Below, piece after piece: positions 25,824 through 37,665 of a DNA stretch of 59,386 bases. The notes beneath the pieces were generated by a model. That model did not search any database and was not told the DNA's origin. It was given only the letters and a program-made list of their open reading frames with translations. The translations under genes and the position numbers were made by a program. Positions within the stretch are counted from its first letter, which is position 1. Each line of letters starts with the position of its first letter. This DNA is from Pocillopora damicornis (lineage: Eukaryota), in contig NW_020843420.1 of NCBI RefSeq assembly GCF_003704095.1, forward strand, positions 248,001-307,386. The letters are read 5' to 3'.

Positions 25824-26318
25824 TTTTACAGTTGTGTACTTAGTAGCCAGGCCTTTGATTTGGAGTGAGGCATCTAGTGCATGATGACAAGAAGCAGCGA
25901 GGTTTGTATAGGCAATCACATGATTTCGAGTGCATTTTGGAATAACTAAGCACGAGTAAATTTTTTCAAAGACTAACAAAATTTCACTACAAGCTCGTGC
26001 AATTTCGTGTTTTTTTTCGGTCAATATAACCGCGTACGATCAAAACAATAATATAGAATAATGTTTTCATATTTAAGGTGCAAAAAAGTTCAAAGTCGGG
26101 CTTAACAGTTCAAGGAATTGTTCAGTCCGGTTTGTTACTTCTTTGCACTGAATTAACCCACTTCTGCATTTAATTACCTGAAAACTGCATTTATCTTAAC
26201 CAATCAGAACTGAGTAATTTTTTTTATGTATCTTATTAGTGCCATAACAAGATCAACCTTAGCCTCACTCCTGTTCAAAGGCTTGGCAACCAAGCACACA
26301 ACTGTAAAATGGCCTATT
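25824..26318. mobile_element. MITE-like element with ~48-bp inverted arms enclosing a second repeat
   Basis: TTTTACAGTTGTGTACTTAGTAGCCAGGCCTTTGA...GGAGTGAGGC (25824-25871) is the near reverse complement of 26262-26309. Confidence 0.65.
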
Positions 26319-27029
26319 GAACTGGTTGGAGTCAAGAGTTTAAAGGCTAAATCAGGGCGTTGGCCGGGATATGTCGATTTCATTTTTAGCTTGGGGCGAA
26401 AAGCCTTGTGTTTTCCTAATGTAGTTTCTTATTGCCGATGTCAGTTTGATATATAGAGATGCGATCTCATCTCTGTTTCCCAATACATTAATCTTACCCA
26501 CAGGCGACAAAGGCTCACATCATTTTTACTCATTTTCCGTGAGCAAAATGCCATACGCGAAAGGAAAAGCGAAGTCGATCCGGGAAAATCTAAAACTGAG
26601 GCCTTGCCGTATTCACCGAGAAGTCAATACGGCTGGCTAGGCTGAGGTTTGAGATTTTCCTGTGGGGAATTAGTAAGGATAGCCCACACTGTCTCGTCTT
26701 CACTAGATTTTTATTCTTCTCCTCTTCTATTCTCGCTAGGTTTCACAACTGTCACAACTCCTCGACTCGACTGATATGAAAGATTACTTCGACTGAAAGC
26801 TAAATAAATCACAGACAATTGTTCCTTATCTTTGCGGGACACCTTAGTTAAAAAGAACGCTGATTGGCTAGATACGAATCTTCCAGACATAAGAATAACA
26901 AAATTTCCAGACAAACATTTCACAATCGCTATTTGATATCTATGCTATTATTCTGTTTCCGACATTCCCGTTGTGACCTAACTGTTGAAGAACATTTCTT
27001 TAGAGACAAGAAATGAATTCTTGTGAAAA

Positions 27030-27250
27030 CACCATTCTCTATTTCTTTACCGAGCTCAAAACTTACCATCCCTCTTCTCCTATTTACAAACATGACGCTA
27101 TCGACATTGCGGATCTTAGCAGTAAGCTGGACGGGCTTCATATGTAACTTCGAAACAGACCTCGCTCATCATAGAGTTTCTGTGGCTCAGTGGTAGAGCT
27201 TCAGAGCCCGGAATCCGAAGATCTGAGGCTCGATTCCTTAGGGGACTCAG
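27030..27250 (+). mobile_element. tRNA-derived SINE-like repeat
   Basis: A box TGGCTCAGTGG 27183-27193 and B-box-like GGCTCGATTCC 27227-27237. The upstream extent rests on recollection of a coral repeat and is unverified. Confidence 0.7.
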
Positions 27251-27288
27251 ACGAAGTTGACGTTTCGAGCGTTGCCCCTTCGTCATTC

Positions 27289-27322
27289 GCTCTGACGAAG
27301 GGCTGACGCTCGAAACGTCAGC
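27289..27322 (+). ncRNA. Minimal type I hammerhead ribozyme motif (Penelope-like-element type)
   Basis: GCT|CTGACGA|A|GGGC-TGAC-GCTC|GAAAC|GTC|AGC: intact CUGANGA and GAAA core, 4-bp helix II, palindromic ACGU helix III, helix I GCU/AGC, predicted cut after GUC at 27319. Confidence 0.75.
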
Positions 27323-28918
27323 TTTGAAACGTTTTACGGTGGCGAATTTACGTTATCAACCCGTTGATTATACCAAATTATCAAGAGTATATGAACTGTC
27401 TATAATCTCTTGTCGACTTTCATCGTTTTCATGCACTCTACTAAAATGAACCAGACCCTCCAAGAGCGAAAACTGGGCTAGCTGATAAGCAAAGGGCTGC
27501 AGGAATTTGGTAGGTCCGGGGGCAGATTGGCAGTTTAATTTTGATCGGGATGTGAAGTCAAGTTTCGAAATGGATCTTTGTGGGGTTACTCCAAGCTATG
27601 GCCTAAATATATATGAAACTGACGAAGCTCAAGACACCAGTGTCTCGAGCATGATCATATTTGCAGCCGTTATCGGGTGATGGACCAGATATCACGCCTT
27701 TGGAAATTTACAATTAGATGAAACAAGTTTTGCTGGATAGCACATTTCATAAGCTTTCCATTTATGGTGGTTGCACTGTTATAATGTTTCGGGACACCCG
27801 AAGGTCTACCAGATCCTTAATTCGAATCTGAATACCATGGAACAGCAAGCTTTTTTTGGTTTTGTTTGTTTAGCACGTGGTGGTTTCTTCTTCTAAACGT
27901 TTTCTAGTTCACTTGTTATGAATGATCACAATCTATGTAAATACCTTGCAGTGTTGTGGTCGATATTGGTTTTTGTAGTACGTTTCCTTTCCCACAAAAA
28001 ATCCGCGCAATATTTTTCACTCGTAAGTAGACAAATATACCCCAGATATTGCATTCAACCTATATATAGTTTAGAAACACTTGGTCCTGGTTGCTCAACC
28101 ACGCGAACTTACTTTGGTGGAACAGCCATCTTCTAAGAATTCGTATGATTTGCAATAAACACCCGCATACTAAAACAGGTGGATAACGAAAGTCCTGAGG
28201 CTGAATTTTGATGAATATAGCACTATAGAAATTATAACCAGCTCAGGCTGCCAAAATTGAACAGGTTCCTTTCAAAAATTCAGTCATCAAAATCGGAAAA
28301 CAGTGGCACATATCAAAGTATGAGTGCAAGATCATTAAAACACAACACAGAAATGAGTGCAATATTGGATTACTATATGAGTAACTGGACCCCGGACGCT
28401 GCGTTGAAAGCTACATAACTTTACGATGAAGCACGCTATGTAAAAGACGACCGGTGAATTGCCTCATCTTATTAAATTTAAATGACCTCACATGACATTT
28501 TGGGATGGTAAACAGTCCTTAAAATGCACGTCTTAAGTCCTTCAAATGTACGACTTATAAACTTTAAAAAGTGTCCAGCGTGGATCACTCTCGGCTAAAG
28601 CAATCAATGAAAGGATATGACTTACTTCCTGAGATCACACTTACAGAACAGACCAGAATAAGTTAGAAACTTACCGATAAGTAAAAAATTAATATGATAA
28701 AGCTTCATGCGAAGAAAATAACCATTTCCAGAAAAAAATTATTAAGGAACCACTTAAGACACATTGAAAACTCACTAAGGCTCTTGAAAAGTGTCAAATA
28801 ACAGCCAAACATTCCAGCTCAACGCCTAAACAGTCAGAAAACGTGAACGTTTTGATAAAATTTGAAACTGTTTTCAAACTTTTCGAAGCATACTGATAAC
28901 GCAATCTCAAAGTTTTCG

Positions 28919-28971
28919 TGACGTGAACACCAAAGTCAATCCCTAGTCCAATATTCGACTCCCTATAAATA
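28919..28971 (+). promoter_or_regulatory. Promoter elements of the JmjC gene: UPRE-like TGACGTGA, CCAAT, TATA box
   Basis: TGACGTGA 28919-28926, CCAAT 28948-28952, TATAAATA 28964-28971, 60 bp before the ATG at 29031. Confidence 0.55.
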
Positions 28972-29030
28972 AATTTCTCTCTTCTTAGGAATACTTTGCT
29001 CGGACGATCTTTCGATTAGAGCATATAACC

Positions 29031-32000
29031 ATGAGATCTCTCTCTTGGCTTCTCTTTACGATTTTCAGTTTGTTATCGTCGTGTTTAGTGCTCGTGAGAA
29101 CTTCAGAAACCGACGGAGTCGAGACCCAAGATAGCGCTTCAATACCCGGTCATCTAGAACCGCTTGGTTCAAGAAACACAAAGCACTCTTTGGAAGTAAT
29201 CCAGAATTATCCCGACCCAAAAACCTTCTTTGAGACATATGTGGTTCCTAGCAAGCCAGTTCTCATTCAAAACGCCGCAAAATTGTCGACAGCCTTTTAT
29301 AAATGGAGTGATGAATACTTCTTGTCTCGTCCCGAAGCGAGCAAAGAGAAAATACAAGTAGAGAAAAGAAAGAAAGAGGAACGGACAGCACCTTACGAGG
29401 AAATTCCCTTCAGCGAATTCGTTGAGGGTTACAAGGAGAAAGATATCTATATGGTGAGCTCTGTTCCCGAGTTTATGAAGTAAGTTTAAATGAAGTAAGT
29501 TTAAGCCAATTTTGTGGCGATTCTTTTCTCTGCTTTATGTTATTTGTTTTATTAGCAATTTCACTACTCTCATTTAGTTAAAAACTATGCTTCTCCGTGC
29601 TGTTTCGACCGGGCCAATACATACGAGACACGTCATTATCTTCTTGCATTTTTGTATTTACGTCAGTTTGTTTGGGATTCCTGTCTAGCCCGATCTCAGG
29701 GACAGGTTTACATCGTAGAATCGAAAACACCTGCGGTGGTTTTAGGACTACCAAAGTCATTTGAATACATCCTAAGCTCAACAAATTAGAAAAAAAACGG
29801 CATCGTTTAAGCTCTCAAAATAATTTCATCTCGTAATAATATTATACCGCTCTTCCCAATACACCTGCTCCGACGCATAGGAAATATCAATTACACGTAG
29901 CATTAAACAAGACAAATTATTTGTTCTTCGTGCTAAAGTATTTGATGTTGTAATAATAATTTTGCGATTTCTTTATAGTTTAAGGTAGAATTACATTTAA
30001 ATGACAGAGTTATATTTGCTCTCAATTTCAAATTTTCTTTCTTTCTCAGAAGCGATGTTCTTCTTCCCTCTCCTTTGTTGTGCCGTGATGTAACAGAAAC
30101 GTCAGACATGTTAACTGATGCTGTGAGTTTAACCTCTTGTTTTATATTTCTGTTTCTTTGGAAATCATAAAATGAATCTTTCTTTGATGGATGTGTTTTA
30201 GGTGATGTGGTTTAGCAGCGGAGGAACTAAGTCTGTTCTACATTTTGACGATGGACTGGAAAACATCAACTGCTTGTTTGCTGGAACAAAGGAATTATTA
30301 TTCATAGATTATCACAAGTATAAACATGTGGTAGGAAGTGAGAACATGATATTGCTTTGATAAAAAATGGTAAAAGCTGCCTGGTTTATCGTTCGTAAAG
30401 TGAGGGCTGCGATACCTCCTCCACTGATTTATATTTTGACTTTTTTATTTTTAAGTAATTAAACAATAGCTTCCATTCGGGCTGGAAAAGTGCTCAGATA
30501 TTTGTCCACGGACATTTTCTGTTCCGAAAGAAACAGGTTTCCGAGAGCAAAGCTCAAGGAAAGCTGTGCGCTCCGAATATTATTAACATATTGGAAGACT
30601 CTCATGACACTGGACGTGAGGTGGATGATTAGGAATTTTACCGGATCTTCCCCTACAGTTTTAGACGCGGCATATTTGCTTACCTGACACGATTACACCA
30701 ATCTTGCTTTAGCAAAGACTTTTTATACTTTTTATAGATTTTAATGAGTGATATTTCGAGAGCACATTTTTCAACCACCACAAGGACGTTGATGTTGATG
30801 TTTCGTTCCCGACCAACCTTTTTGACAGTAGTACTCTTTCTTGCTGAATCCGCTCAAAAATTTAGCCAATGCATTTAGTTTCAGTTTTAAATCGTGCATC
30901 CGGGTTTTGACACGCAGATAGATTTTGCTGCACCCATAAATTTCAAGTTTCAAGGTGATATAAACAGATGGACGTAAATAACATCTCTATACTGTATAAT
31001 TCGTTTACATTATAGTTCTACGTAAAAGGAAGTGATACGGAAACATGTGCTCATTGATAATAAATCAGGAGCTATGACTTTTCAACTAATAACATTTGAT
31101 CGTGACAAACTGTAAAATATATGTTTTCTCTCCAGGTTCCCATCGACTTCCCGGAAGGAAGATACTCTGGTGTTGATGTTGATAGGTAATCCTACTCTGT
31201 CTCACATAAGACGTACTCCGAAATAATTCATTTTTCTTTCCTGTTCAGCGAGAGAAAAGTTGAATTTTTCATCTGCAAAAGAACATAAAAGGCTTTCAAG
31301 CTGGCTGCAGCCATAATTCAGATAATAAAACTTACCTGGATAAAAGTGAAAAGAAGCTTTTGGGATTATAGTGGCTGAACCAAAGNNNNNNNNNNNNNNN
31401 NNNNNNNNNNNNNNNNNNNNNNNNNNNNNNNNNNNNNNNNNNNNNNNNNNNNNNNNNNNNNNNNNNNNNNNNNNNNNNNNNNNNNTCTTCTTGAAAACCA
31501 AGTAATCCCCACAAAATCTTCTGATTCCCACCCCCCTGGAGACAGTGATCCCTATGTGGTATATTCTGACTGTGAACATGGCTTTCACTCGTTAAACGAG
31601 TCTCTAGATGACTGAGTTAAGTGACAATTATCGTGTATAGATCCTCAAACGCGAAAAATAATGATAATAATAATAATAATGATGATGATAATAATAATAA
31701 TAGTAATGATAAAAATTACAATTCATTAGTACCAGTGACGGTGTCTCCCGTGCGGTCATCAACTCTCTATTCGGAGTATGTACATTCGTGGTACCAGAAA
31801 AACTGCTACCTTACCAGAAGTGTTCCTTCAATGAAAGAAACAGATCTAAAATTTATAGGCTAGGGGGCAATGTTGTTCCCCAGAAATGATGTATTTATCC
31901 CTTAAATGTATAGGCTTTTTCCCTAAATAACTGAGTACTTAAAAGTGGGTACACTTCCTAACCTGTTGCCTTTGACCTGAATTTGCCAGTTTTTTTTAAA

Positions 32001-34344
32001 CTCTTATTGAATTGTTATCTGTAGATATAAATACAGAGAAGACTTGAATTTAATCTTAATTATCTGTGATCTTTAGATTTTACAACTCATATGGTGATTA
32101 AATTCAGTTCCAAAACAGTAGATGGCGTGTGTTGTTCTTGGTTGTTTTAGGTTTCACCAAGTTCGTTCATATGATCGCAACATAGCAGTTAATCTATGGT
32201 GGCAGCATAAAGCAAACTTCGTTCCAAAGGATTGTGAAGGAATGGAACAAAATCAAACCCTGGAAAAATTTACGTTCACCACTCTAGAGAAACTCATCGA
32301 ACAACCAGAGGAAACTTTGATGTAAGTAAGCTGGATTGATGCACTTTTACTTGGTTTGTAAGGCAGGATTTCGGATTCAATTTTTCTTTGCATGGGAGTA
32401 GCCGTTTTTATTACTTTTGAGGATGCGTTCGTTTGCTTGAAGATCGTTTAATAAGTTGAAGAAACACGAAGAATATCTTTTTTCTACTCAGGTTACCCTA
32501 AGTGCGAAAAAGGAGTAAATTAACCCTTTGAGAGATGCTGTTACATGATAAAAACGTGCAAGCTTTTGGCGTTAAATTCTGCTCTTAGTGGATGCAATAA
32601 GAAACGTTTTACTGACGCCTAAGAACCAAGGACTCATCGTGCTGAGTAAACTGCATCTTTGTTTGCCTTACAGGAATCATTTGAAACACTTTCTCAGCAA
32701 GAATGACCACATTTCATTCAAGACATTTGTCAAAAAACTAAGAAAGGTACATATACGATGCACTAAAAAATACCAATGCTTCAATGTGATCAATATGTAT
32801 TCATTTTTTTTTTATGTAAAACTGTTAATCTGGATTTTCGTTCGAAACAGCTGACCGACTTTAATAGTACCACAAAAAAGAGAAAATAGTGAGTCCATTG
32901 TTTTCTTTGATGGTAATACTGAAATAGATATGTACCCGTATCGAAAATATGTAGAATACAGCATAGCAACAAAGGGGCACTAGAAAGGATTAAAGTGGAA
33001 CCTTAATTTTTTATTTTTTCACACATTGCAATAGAAAAAAAAACAGTATCAGAAAAATTTTGAAATAAGGATAAAATTGAACCATTTTAGAAAAACTAAC
33101 TTCAGAAAGGAGCCCATTACTAGGTAATAAGCTCCTGTTTCAGACAAATGGAGAAGCTCTAGTTAGCTCTATGTTTTATGCAGGTCTTTTAAACTTCTTT
33201 GGTTTTTGCTTGCCGGTAAAGTTTTTCGTTTTCGTTTATCTTTCTCTCATAAAGTTTCTCAGTCTCTCTGCTCTTGTTTGTTAAAATCGCAACTGACGTT
33301 AATCATTTCCTATAGCGCTTTGTTTCGTTACATTTTTGTCTTAAGTCCAATTGACGTTGCCCAATGATGCGATGCACTGATCGTAATGATCACGTGATTA
33401 CCAAATGTTCTTTCTTTTAGGATCCTTATTTTGGTAATAATAACATCTTGACGTGGACCGAGGACATGAAATCAACAACCAAAAAGGTACCATTAAAAAA
33501 CGTCACCATACTGAAACAAACATCTTCCTCGTAAATCATTGCACTTACTGTACACGCTCACTTCCTTAAATGAGGGAAGTTTTTTATTCGTGGTTCGTCT
33601 AAAAATGTTGTAGAAGCCGGTTTTGGTAAGTTAAATGTTACATTCATACCCTGATTCTCGACAATTCTATTTGTTTTACCACCCAGCTCTTCAAATTGAT
33701 GGACACAGACGAGGACAAGTCTTTCTCTTCGGCTGATCTTGAAGAACTAGTAAAAGCTGATGATGTAAGTGCAACTGGAAAGAGAAGGGCAGTTAACCTA
33801 AATATTTTGCCATTATAGGAAAAGAAGTGCGATCAGAGGAACTCTGCTATATTAAAAGAGAGCAACAATTGTATTATTTTGCTTTCAAGACGACATAAAT
33901 TCTATTTTCTTGTTGCATTGGTATTATTGGAAATTTTTTACAGAAAATGTAAGAGTTTCAGAAGCATTGGTTGAATTATCAATTGATTAATTTGAACTGG
34001 GTTAGGGCTGGGGAGAGCCTTTCAAAAAACTATGTTTCAAAATACCAACAGCTAGTCAGAATACTATCTTCAAATTCTTGTCGTTACAGAGTTAATTTCG
34101 GTACAGAGACTAGTTGCTTCTTGTCTGTTATGTTAACACTGAATCTGATTCAATTTAGGAAACCATACGCGCCCTGACAAATGAATACTTCAGGCTTGGT
34201 GACCTGATGGAGCACGCTCAGGAGAAACTTCAAGAAAACAATGAGTTGTATGAAGAGGATTATGAAGACGGTGCAGGAGATGGAGATTATGACATTCAGC
34301 CAGTGAAAAGGTCTGGAAAACAAAACTCCAAAGAGGAACTTTGA
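29031..34344 (+). CDS. Secretory-pathway JmjC/cupin-8 2-oxoglutarate oxygenase (JMJD7/TYW5/FIH-like) with EF-hand-like loop and KEEL tail
   Basis: Exons 29031-29479, 30050-30122, 30202-30330, 31136-31185, [one exon probably in the gap], 32151-32321, 32674-32746, 33421-33486, 33687-33764, 34159-34344. Signal peptide; FFETYVVPSKPVLI; KWSDEY; MWFSSGGTKSVLHFD (HxD); FHQVRS (distal His); LFKLMDTDEDKSFSSADL; ends KEEL*. Confidence 0.88.
30457..30960. repeat. Probable interspersed repeat in a JmjC intron
   Basis: GATATTTGTCCACGGACATTTTCTGTTCCGA...TTTCCGAGAGC resembles a repeat recalled from coral genomes. Boundaries approximate. Confidence 0.4.
31386..31485. other. Assembly gap (100 N placeholder)
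   Basis: Exactly 100 N, at the position where a JmjC exon is missing. Confidence 1.
31656..31712 (+). repeat. (AAT/GAT)n microsatellite
   Basis: AATAATGATAATAATAATAATAATGATGATGATAATAATAATAATAGTAATGAT. Confidence 0.9.
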
Positions 34345-35047
34345 GGAACAGTTTAGATATGAAATAAACAACTTTTTCATAGCATCTTTGGATTCCTTTG
34401 TGATGTGAATACTCTATTTTAAACACTTCAAACAAGTTTGCAGCCAAAGGGCCTGAGGTTCAATTGAACCCCTCTTTGTTAAGAGAAAGTGATATCAGTG
34501 ACAATAAAACAACAAGGCACCCCTCCCTGGACCCGAATATATCACCCATCCCTTAACCTGTTATGCTGATGAAACATAATTCGCGACCATTGTGACACAC
34601 AGGAAGGACTGGGTAAATATAGGTCTTGAATGTAGGCCAAATAAAATGTTGTATATTTAATATGCACTTTTCGCGGTCGTAAACAGTGAAATCCATATCA
34701 TGGGTAGCTTTTATCACGTTCGCTGTGTACTCTCTGATTGAGAATTGGAAGTGGACTCATAGTTTAGGCCTGTTCTTAAAATAGTACCACTAAGGGGGCG
34801 TTATTTTAGAAAGATAGCAGTTTTAAACGTCAGATCTAACGCAGCCACCTTTTTGCGCCTTTCCTACCGTCTCAGCTGATTTGGCGGCAATGCAGAAATT
34901 TGAGGAAAAGTACGGCTCATGGTGCATCTTGAAATTTTTGGTAGTACGACATCACGCAAAAGGTGGTGCTGAGTCTTGTGATACTTCCCATCAGCCTTAA
35001 TCCCTACTATTTAGGCTAGGCTACCAAGGTACGCTGATAAATCCAAG

Positions 35048-37308
35048 ATGGCTGACACGCGGGGTCGTGCATCGTCTCCAATACGAGCAAGGAACCGTTC
35101 TCGAGATCGAGAACGAGAAAAAGACAAAGAACAGGAAAAAGAGCGAGAAAAAAATGACCAGAAGCCTACGATTGATAGGGAAAAGGTACAGATTAGATCG
35201 TTGTATTTTGTTCCAGAAATAACGAAGACGATTCAAAATTGTTGCACTTTTATCAACCGCGTGTCTTTGTTTATTGGCAGACCTGCCCGCTGCTTCTCAG
35301 AGTGTTTTGTAACCAAGGCCGACATCACAGGTAAGATTGAAATAAAGCCGCTTTTCGTATCTCGTAATCAGAGTTTAATGTCAAACCTCTTTGAACGAAT
35401 GCAATCTGGTAGTCCTTTTGTGTGGGTTATTTTTTTGTCCCGCAAATTAGCAAACGAACTGAGTTGGAATGAAGTTTAAATAGTCCTGTGTTCACTTACC
35501 AGATAAGTTTAATGTAATTTAAGGTAGATACACTTCGTGGTAAATCGCATTTTGCTGAATAGTTTGGAATTATTCTTTTTTCTCTCAATTTGCTTCTTTA
35601 CTACTTTACTTTACACACTGGTTTATTATTCTTGATCCTTTCCTCGAATTTTTTCGACTCTCAAGCTGTGTTTTCAGCTAATTGGTGAGTGAATGTGGTT
35701 AATAAAGCTCTGGCGGTCAATAAAAATATTTAAGTAAGATTCATTTTTTGTCATCCCTCACAAGTAAATGGATAAAACATCGTGTGTCTTGTTGTGCTTT
35801 TTGCTTGATTTGCAAGAGGGAAGTCATACCTTTGTTTATAGACAGTTGTTATTGTATGTTAGTGAGGAGACAGTTGTTCCCTTTTTTTCAAGGCAAAATG
35901 CTTTCTTTGGCTTGATCAAAACTACATGTAGCTTGATCTCTTGTGGCTTTTCACTGTTTTCATGTTAAGGTGCATTTATTTTTCTTTTGTTAAATCTACA
36001 CAAGGTTAGTGCTTATAGCTTAAGATCTTCAATTGCGGCTGTCCTTTCTATTCCAAGAGAATCAGGAACATTTCAGCACTTGGCAGCAACTACTTTTCAT
36101 AAGTTCCCTGTAGCTATTAGAAACATAACTGAGTACAATTCCTTCTGTTGTAGTGTGAAGAGACATCTTTTATGTAAGGAACTTGAAGCAGAAAATACAA
36201 TTGTTTTTCTCTTTTTTATGTATATTCTTTTTTTAGAGTTGATTTATAGTGTATTAATTGTAGTTGAAGAACCTTACTTTGTTGGATACTCTGCAATAAA
36301 TCATCATCATTATTATTATTTATGATAACATCAGGTTAGATGAATATTCCAGGACAGCTTTACCATCAAACGAACTCCAAGTGTACACATGGTAGGTTAA
36401 TTTTGTGCTTTGTTACCAGAAGAATTGTGAGAGACATGGTAACCTAAAGGTTATTGCATTTGAGTCTGTGTCAAGGTTTGGGTTCAAGACCAGGGTGGAT
36501 CATGGTTTTATGTTCTTCGGCAAAACACTCCTCTGTCACAGTGCTGTTCTCTACCCAGGAGTTGAATGGGTACTGGCAAACTGTCATGATAAGCTGATGA
36601 AATGCTGGTGGGTAACTTGGTGATGGACGTGTATCCTATTCAGGGGGGATTGGTGATACTGCAAGGAAAACTGTAATAAGCTCTAGCTGGGTGGATCACT
36701 TGGCTTGAGCACAGACTCCATCCTTCTACATGTGATCAATACGCAAACATGTTTAAAATACCTATAATTGTAGGATTATTAGGTGGTGGTCATGTGTGCT
36801 AAAAAAACATGCTAAGGGTTAGGTGGCTGTGAAGTGATGCAAAGATAATGATGAAGGGTTTGTTGCAAAACAAATGGAATGCATACCAGTTCATTATACA
36901 GCCTCCTGTTTATGCTGTGGTTGGGAAACCTCAAATGCATTAATCTTGATTTATTTTGTAGAAATCTCTCTAGGTACCAGTGGATGGAATCAGAGTGTTT
37001 CTGTTTTGTGATAACATTGCTTATTTCTACTTCATTTTAGGAAAGATGCAACTTTGAAAGAGCTCATGAGTCTTGTCAAGGAAGTCAATCCTGATGCAAG
37101 GCGCAAAGGCACAATATTTGACTTTGCCATTGTATTTCCAGATGCTCGTCGTGGTGGATTCATCATGAAAGAAATTGGTTCAACTGCAGCAGGGCGTAAA
37201 GGGGCTGATGACACTGTCACACTAGAGTCTAAAAAGTTTCAAATAGGAGATTTCATTGATGTTGCTATTCAGACTCCAAGGATGGCAAGAAGAGATAGAC
37301 CCTATTGA
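35048..37308 (+). CDS. SAP18: Sin3A-associated protein 18 (ASAP/PSAP complex), 4 exons, ~170 aa
   Basis: Exons 35048-35185, 35281-35330, 36335-36391, 37041-37308 (513 nt). IDREKTCPLLLRVF...GRHHR...NELQVYTWKDATLKELMSLVKEVNPDARRKGT...KFQIGDFIDVAI...RPY. Confidence 0.97.
36428..36720 (+). mobile_element. Decayed tRNA-derived SINE with CORE-like central domain in SAP18 intron 3
   Basis: B-box-like GGTTCAAGACC, then GGCAAAACACTCCTCTGTCACAGTGCTGTTCTCTACCCAGGAGTTGAATGGGTAC, reminiscent of conserved SINE central domains. Confidence 0.6.
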
Positions 37309-37665
37309 TAATAACACAAACATTTCTGTGATTTTTGCTTGTTTGTAGATATGTTAAGATAGGGGGTCTGCAAAGACATTTCATGTGTTTTTATGCAATA
37401 TTGGTGTCTATGATAATTTTGATATTTTATTTTATTCTTTCTGTGAACTTGATATATTTTCCCCCTTTTTTTGAAATGTAATGAAGAAGAAAGGGTGTAT
37501 AAAACTGCTATTCTGAAGAAACAAATTTCCTCATGGGTGAAAAAGCTGTCAATGCCCTAAGTTGTGCATTTTTACTCTTAGATCCTCTGAAATAGAGTTT
37601 TGTAACTTTGGAATAGGTTTTGTTCTCATCTTAATAAAACCCAGTTTAAAGCTGATTTAGTAAGC

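Noticed and set aside
27175-27250. Possible genuine tRNA gene (also 22045-22116)
   Set aside because: No convincing acceptor or anticodon stems, and embedded in repeat bodies. Treated as SINE heads.
28576-28612. AGCGTGGATCACTCTCGGCT...ATGAA resembles the 5' end of 5.8S rRNA
   Set aside because: Short, gapped match with no continuation and no rDNA context. Likely chance.
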